From sequence record OR539218.1: a DNA stretch of 64,000 nucleotides; one strand, given 5' to 3'. The stretch is from Escherichia phage vB-Eco-KMB26. A program made the translations under genes and the position numbers. Below are positions 61,549-64,000 of the stretch, in pieces; position 1 is the stretch's first letter; each line of letters opens with the position of its first letter. The notes beneath the pieces were generated by a model. That model was not told the DNA's origin and made no database searches. It saw nothing but the letters and a program-made list of their open reading frames with translations.

Positions 61549-61578
61549 ATTATACCACAGTCAAGAGGAAAAGTAAAC
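61549..61578 (-). promoter_or_regulatory. T4-type early promoter upstream of regB
   Basis: Minus strand GTTTAC, 17 bp, TATAAT. Confidence 0.6.
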
Positions 61579-61580
61579 AG

Positions 61581-61901
61581 TTATTCTTTAAATCTAATCA
61601 ATTTATTCATAGACTTTGAAACTTCTGCACGAACCTCATGTAGATTTTTGAGCTGTTCAAGACGCTGCGTATAGTAAGCAATTTCATCTTCTTCGAGACA
61701 GTCCTGTGAATCTTCTTTAAGATACCGTGCATAGTCCTGGAAAGCGTTACGGACTACTTCCTGGAAGTCATCAAGACTTTGAATTTTCTTAGGAGCAGCA
61801 GACACACGACGAGGGGCAGTATAATACTCATAACCAAACCCTGCGCTTAATTGAGCCATTAGTATTTTTCCTCTGGTTGGAACACAGCACGACAAGCCCA
61901 C
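61581..61901 (-). CDS. hypothetical protein (vs.3 position)
   Basis: 106-aa ORF. Confidence 0.5.
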   Translation of the reverse strand: MGLSCCVPTRGKILMAQLSAGFGYEYYTAPRRVSAAPKKIQSLDDFQEVVRNAFQDYARYLKEDSQDCLEEDEIAYYTQRLEQLKNLHEVRAEVSKSMNKLIRFKE

Positions 61902-62161
61902 ATACTGGCTTCTTTGAGTTTCGTTTTAGCAATAGCTAACTGATCGAGGCTTTCAGCATAATTCTTCGCGAGTTCAAAGTCTTCGCAATTATCTAGTGCT
62001 TCCCAGAATTCATCATATAAAGCATCAAAGATAAGTCCTAAACGAACTTCAGCGTCTTTAATAGCATTTACTTTACCGATTTTTTCGTCGGTATGTGGCT
62101 TATAACCTTTAATATCTTCAATCATATTTGACTTCCTCACCAGTACATAAATCGTATTCAA
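61859..62161 (-). CDS. Vs.4-position protein; candidate Acb2-type cyclic-nucleotide sponge
   Basis: 100-aa track ORF (likely about 88 aa from the internal Met); second ORF upstream of regB in the transcript direction, the position of T4 vs.4. Confidence 0.45.
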   Translation of the reverse strand: MNTIYVLVRKSNMIEDIKGYKPHTDEKIGKVNAIKDAEVRLGLIFDALYDEFWEALDNCEDFELAKNYAESLDQLAIAKTKLKEASMWACRAVFQPEEKY

Positions 62162-62339
62162 CTAAACGAATAGGTTCATGAATGCCATATCCCTGAACAG
62201 AAATTTCTGTCGTAGGATAAATTCCACTAATATCACCCATATTCCACGCTTCATTAAATTGCTGTTCGCCTGAATTACTAAACCACTCGGCGAAAGCATT
62301 TAGCACATCTTCAGAACCTTCAATAATTATCTTTGCCAT
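62118..62339 (-). CDS. small acidic protein (vs.5 position)
   Basis: 73-aa ORF. Confidence 0.5.
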   Translation of the reverse strand: MAKIIIEGSEDVLNAFAEWFSNSGEQQFNEAWNMGDISGIYPTTEISVQGYGIHEPIRLVEYDLCTGEEVKYD

Positions 62340-62701
62340 TACAAACTCTCGGTGAAGGTACGAGCGATAACGTCGCGCTGCTGTTCCGGAGTCAGAGAGT
62401 TAAAGCGAACTGCATAACCGGATACACGGATGGTCAGCTGCGGATATTTTTCCGGATGCTTAACTGCATCTTCCAGAGTTTCACGACGCAGAACGTTTAC
62501 GTTCAGGTGTTGACCACCTTCAATTTTAACTGTAGGCTGTTGCTCAATTTCAATTTCACGGGCATGCAAACCATAGAAAATTTCTGGGTCTACAAAAGAG
62601 TCCTCTTTAAAGGTTTTAGAGACAATAATTCGTGCTTGAATACCATCTTCAAAATAAATAGTACCTTTATGTGTGCCTTCAAGAATTTGATATGCTTTCA
62701 T
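62339..62701 (-). CDS. autonomous glycyl-radical cofactor-like protein (GrcA/YfiD-like; vs.6 position)
   Basis: 120 aa with C-terminal RVSGYAVRF glycyl-radical signature. Confidence 0.7.
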   Translation of the reverse strand: MKAYQILEGTHKGTIYFEDGIQARIIVSKTFKEDSFVDPEIFYGLHAREIEIEQQPTVKIEGGQHLNVNVLRRETLEDAVKHPEKYPQLTIRVSGYAVRFNSLTPEQQRDVIARTFTESL

Positions 62702-62707
62702 ATAACC

Positions 62708-63088
62708 TCAATTAGAAAATAAATTTATCCAAGATTGTTCTTTAATTAAAAATGGCTCAGAATCATATGCCATTAAACTCTGTGTGATTAGTCCTTTAAA
62801 AGGCCCATCAATAAATTCCATGGTAAAATATGGAATTTTATTCATTAGCCGTGCATTAGGAGCCGTGCACAAAACTCTGCATCCTTTGAATACGCCTTTT
62901 TGTAATTTGTATTGCTTGGGACAAAATTCGCTCAAAATGTTATTTTTTGCCAAAATTTCAAAATGATTCACCAATTTATTTTTAATAGTTTTTGGCGAAA
63001 AATAAAGATATTCGAAAAGCTGAGTGTCTGTCATCATTGCATTCCGATTACGAAAAACTGTGGACGAGTAATACCACCAATGCAACAT
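62708..63088 (-). CDS. hypothetical protein (vs.7 position)
   Basis: 126-aa ORF. Confidence 0.5.
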   Translation of the reverse strand: MLHWWYYSSTVFRNRNAMMTDTQLFEYLYFSPKTIKNKLVNHFEILAKNNILSEFCPKQYKLQKGVFKGCRVLCTAPNARLMNKIPYFTMEFIDGPFKGLITQSLMAYDSEPFLIKEQSWINLFSN

Positions 63089-63573
63089 TTAATATTACAG
63101 CAGCAGTGTACAGTGTCAATATGGACACTATAAATCTTATCCATATCAGGAGATTTGACAGGCTCATCAATTATATACAAAATTCGCGAAAGTGATAAAC
63201 CTCTGAACTTGCTTCCTTTATTACCAATAAAACTGCGCACAGAATCAGTAAATAAACGAAAACGTATATCATCATTAGAATAACGCGAAAATTCCTTTTT
63301 AATATTATCTGCGGAAATTTTAGCGTAAGCTGAAGTATTAGAAAGAACAATAACTGTTCCACCGTCATACAACCAATTAGCGGCAAAATTAGTTACTGCA
63401 GTTGATTTACCAGATTGACGCCCACCATCTAGTCGAAGTGTACAATACTGTTTAAGTAAGTCTTCAAATGGCGGGATATATTCGTTTTTACAAATTTCTT
63501 CTACTCTAGCATCAGAATGGTGTGTAAAAGCATTCATCAGGGATAGATAAGGACCAGTTAAAAATGTTCTCAT
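63034..63573 (-). CDS. P-loop NTPase-like protein (vs.8 position)
   Basis: 179 aa, Walker A GGRQSGKST and Walker B-like ILYIIDEP. Confidence 0.55.
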   Translation of the reverse strand: MRTFLTGPYLSLMNAFTHHSDARVEEICKNEYIPPFEDLLKQYCTLRLDGGRQSGKSTAVTNFAANWLYDGGTVIVLSNTSAYAKISADNIKKEFSRYSNDDIRFRLFTDSVRSFIGNKGSKFRGLSLSRILYIIDEPVKSPDMDKIYSVHIDTVHCCCNIKCCIGGITRPQFFVIGMQ

Positions 63574-63719
63574 TTTTGTTCTCTCTAGGTTTGGGCCATT
63601 CCATGGCGCATGAATTGTCCATTTCTGTATTTACCCATTACCGCACTTGGGCTCGACCTTATTACAGGTTGGCGGGAATCCCTCACAGAATCATGAGGTC
63701 CAGGTTATTCCCATGTTAT

Positions 63720-64000
63720 TTAAATGTAAATATTTTTGCCGTAATACTTATACCAGTGTGGCTTCATTAAAATTTTTTCATCGAGTCGTTGTTGACTCAA
63801 CTTAATAGCTGATTTGCATGGATTATAATCATTTTTCCATTCTACTGGAATATCGCTGATGTCAGGAACTTCAGTATCTTTTATACTGAACCCGCGTTTT
63901 AAGCATTCCGTTATAATGTCCGATTGACGCTTTCGCAAAAATTCTAACTTATCGTAAAAGAAAGTAACATGACCAGAACCTAAAATAAATTTAGAAGATA
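63720..64000 (-). CDS. denV: endonuclease V (pyrimidine-dimer DNA glycosylase), C-terminal part; N-terminus lies beyond the window
   Basis: Frame continues to the window end (...[34 protein letters not shown]...WYKYYGK), matching recalled T4 DenV. Confidence 0.8.
   Translation of the reverse strand, partial: SSKFILGSGHVTFFYDKLEFLRKRQSDIITECLKRGFSIKDTEVPDISDIPVEWKNDYNPCKSAIKLSQQRLDEKILMKPHWYKYYGKNIYI

Noticed and set aside
63574-63719. tRNA gene in the GC-rich spacer before denV
   Set aside because: No acceptable cloverleaf could be drawn; there is no TTCRANY T-loop or canonical D-arm. It is kept only as an unexplained structured region.

Overview
This window reads as the left (early-gene) arm of a T4-like myovirus genome (Tevenvirinae), running from the rIIA stop codon at position 1 to a denV gene truncated by the window end. 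Essentially every convincing gene is on the minus strand, tightly packed with frequent ATGA stop/start overlaps. Recognisable genes in order are: rIIA, topoisomerase gp39 (one fused ORF, not the split 39/60 arrangement recalled for T4), dexA, dda, modA, modB, soc, 56, dam, 61, sp, 41, 40, uvsX, two glycosyltransferases, 42, imm, 43, regA, 62, 44, 45, rpbA, 46, 47, a-gt, 55, nrdH, nrdG, nrdD (no intron), 49, nrdC, a block of about 13 accessory ORFs, rI, tk, a macro-domain protein, regB, the vs.3-vs.8 block and denV. Between genes there are about 17 T4-type early promoters (GTTTAC -35, 17 bp, TATAAT/TACTAT -10), three MotA-box middle promoters, two TATAAATA late promoters, and ten stable tetraloop hairpins (CGAA loop on the + strand = UUCG in the minus-strand RNA, or CGGA/UCCG downstream of gene 43) sitting just 3' of stop codons. 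I found no homing-endonuclease, intron, tRNA or CRISPR signal. The candidates I consider most worth follow-up are: (1) a PD-(D/E)xK-type nuclease ORF translationally coupled upstream of dam; (2) a nucleotidyltransferase-fold protein next to a P-loop ATPase and a multi-pass membrane protein; (3) four consecutive large ORFs that all end in a coiled-coil tail; (4) an extra GT-A glycosyltransferase beside the beta-gt homologue; (5) a perfect 46-bp tandem duplication of an early promoter. All identifications are from reading the translations and motifs by eye and from remembered T4 gene order and sizes; no database search was run. Coordinates of promoters, hairpins and ORFs not in the supplied track may be off by 1-2 nt.
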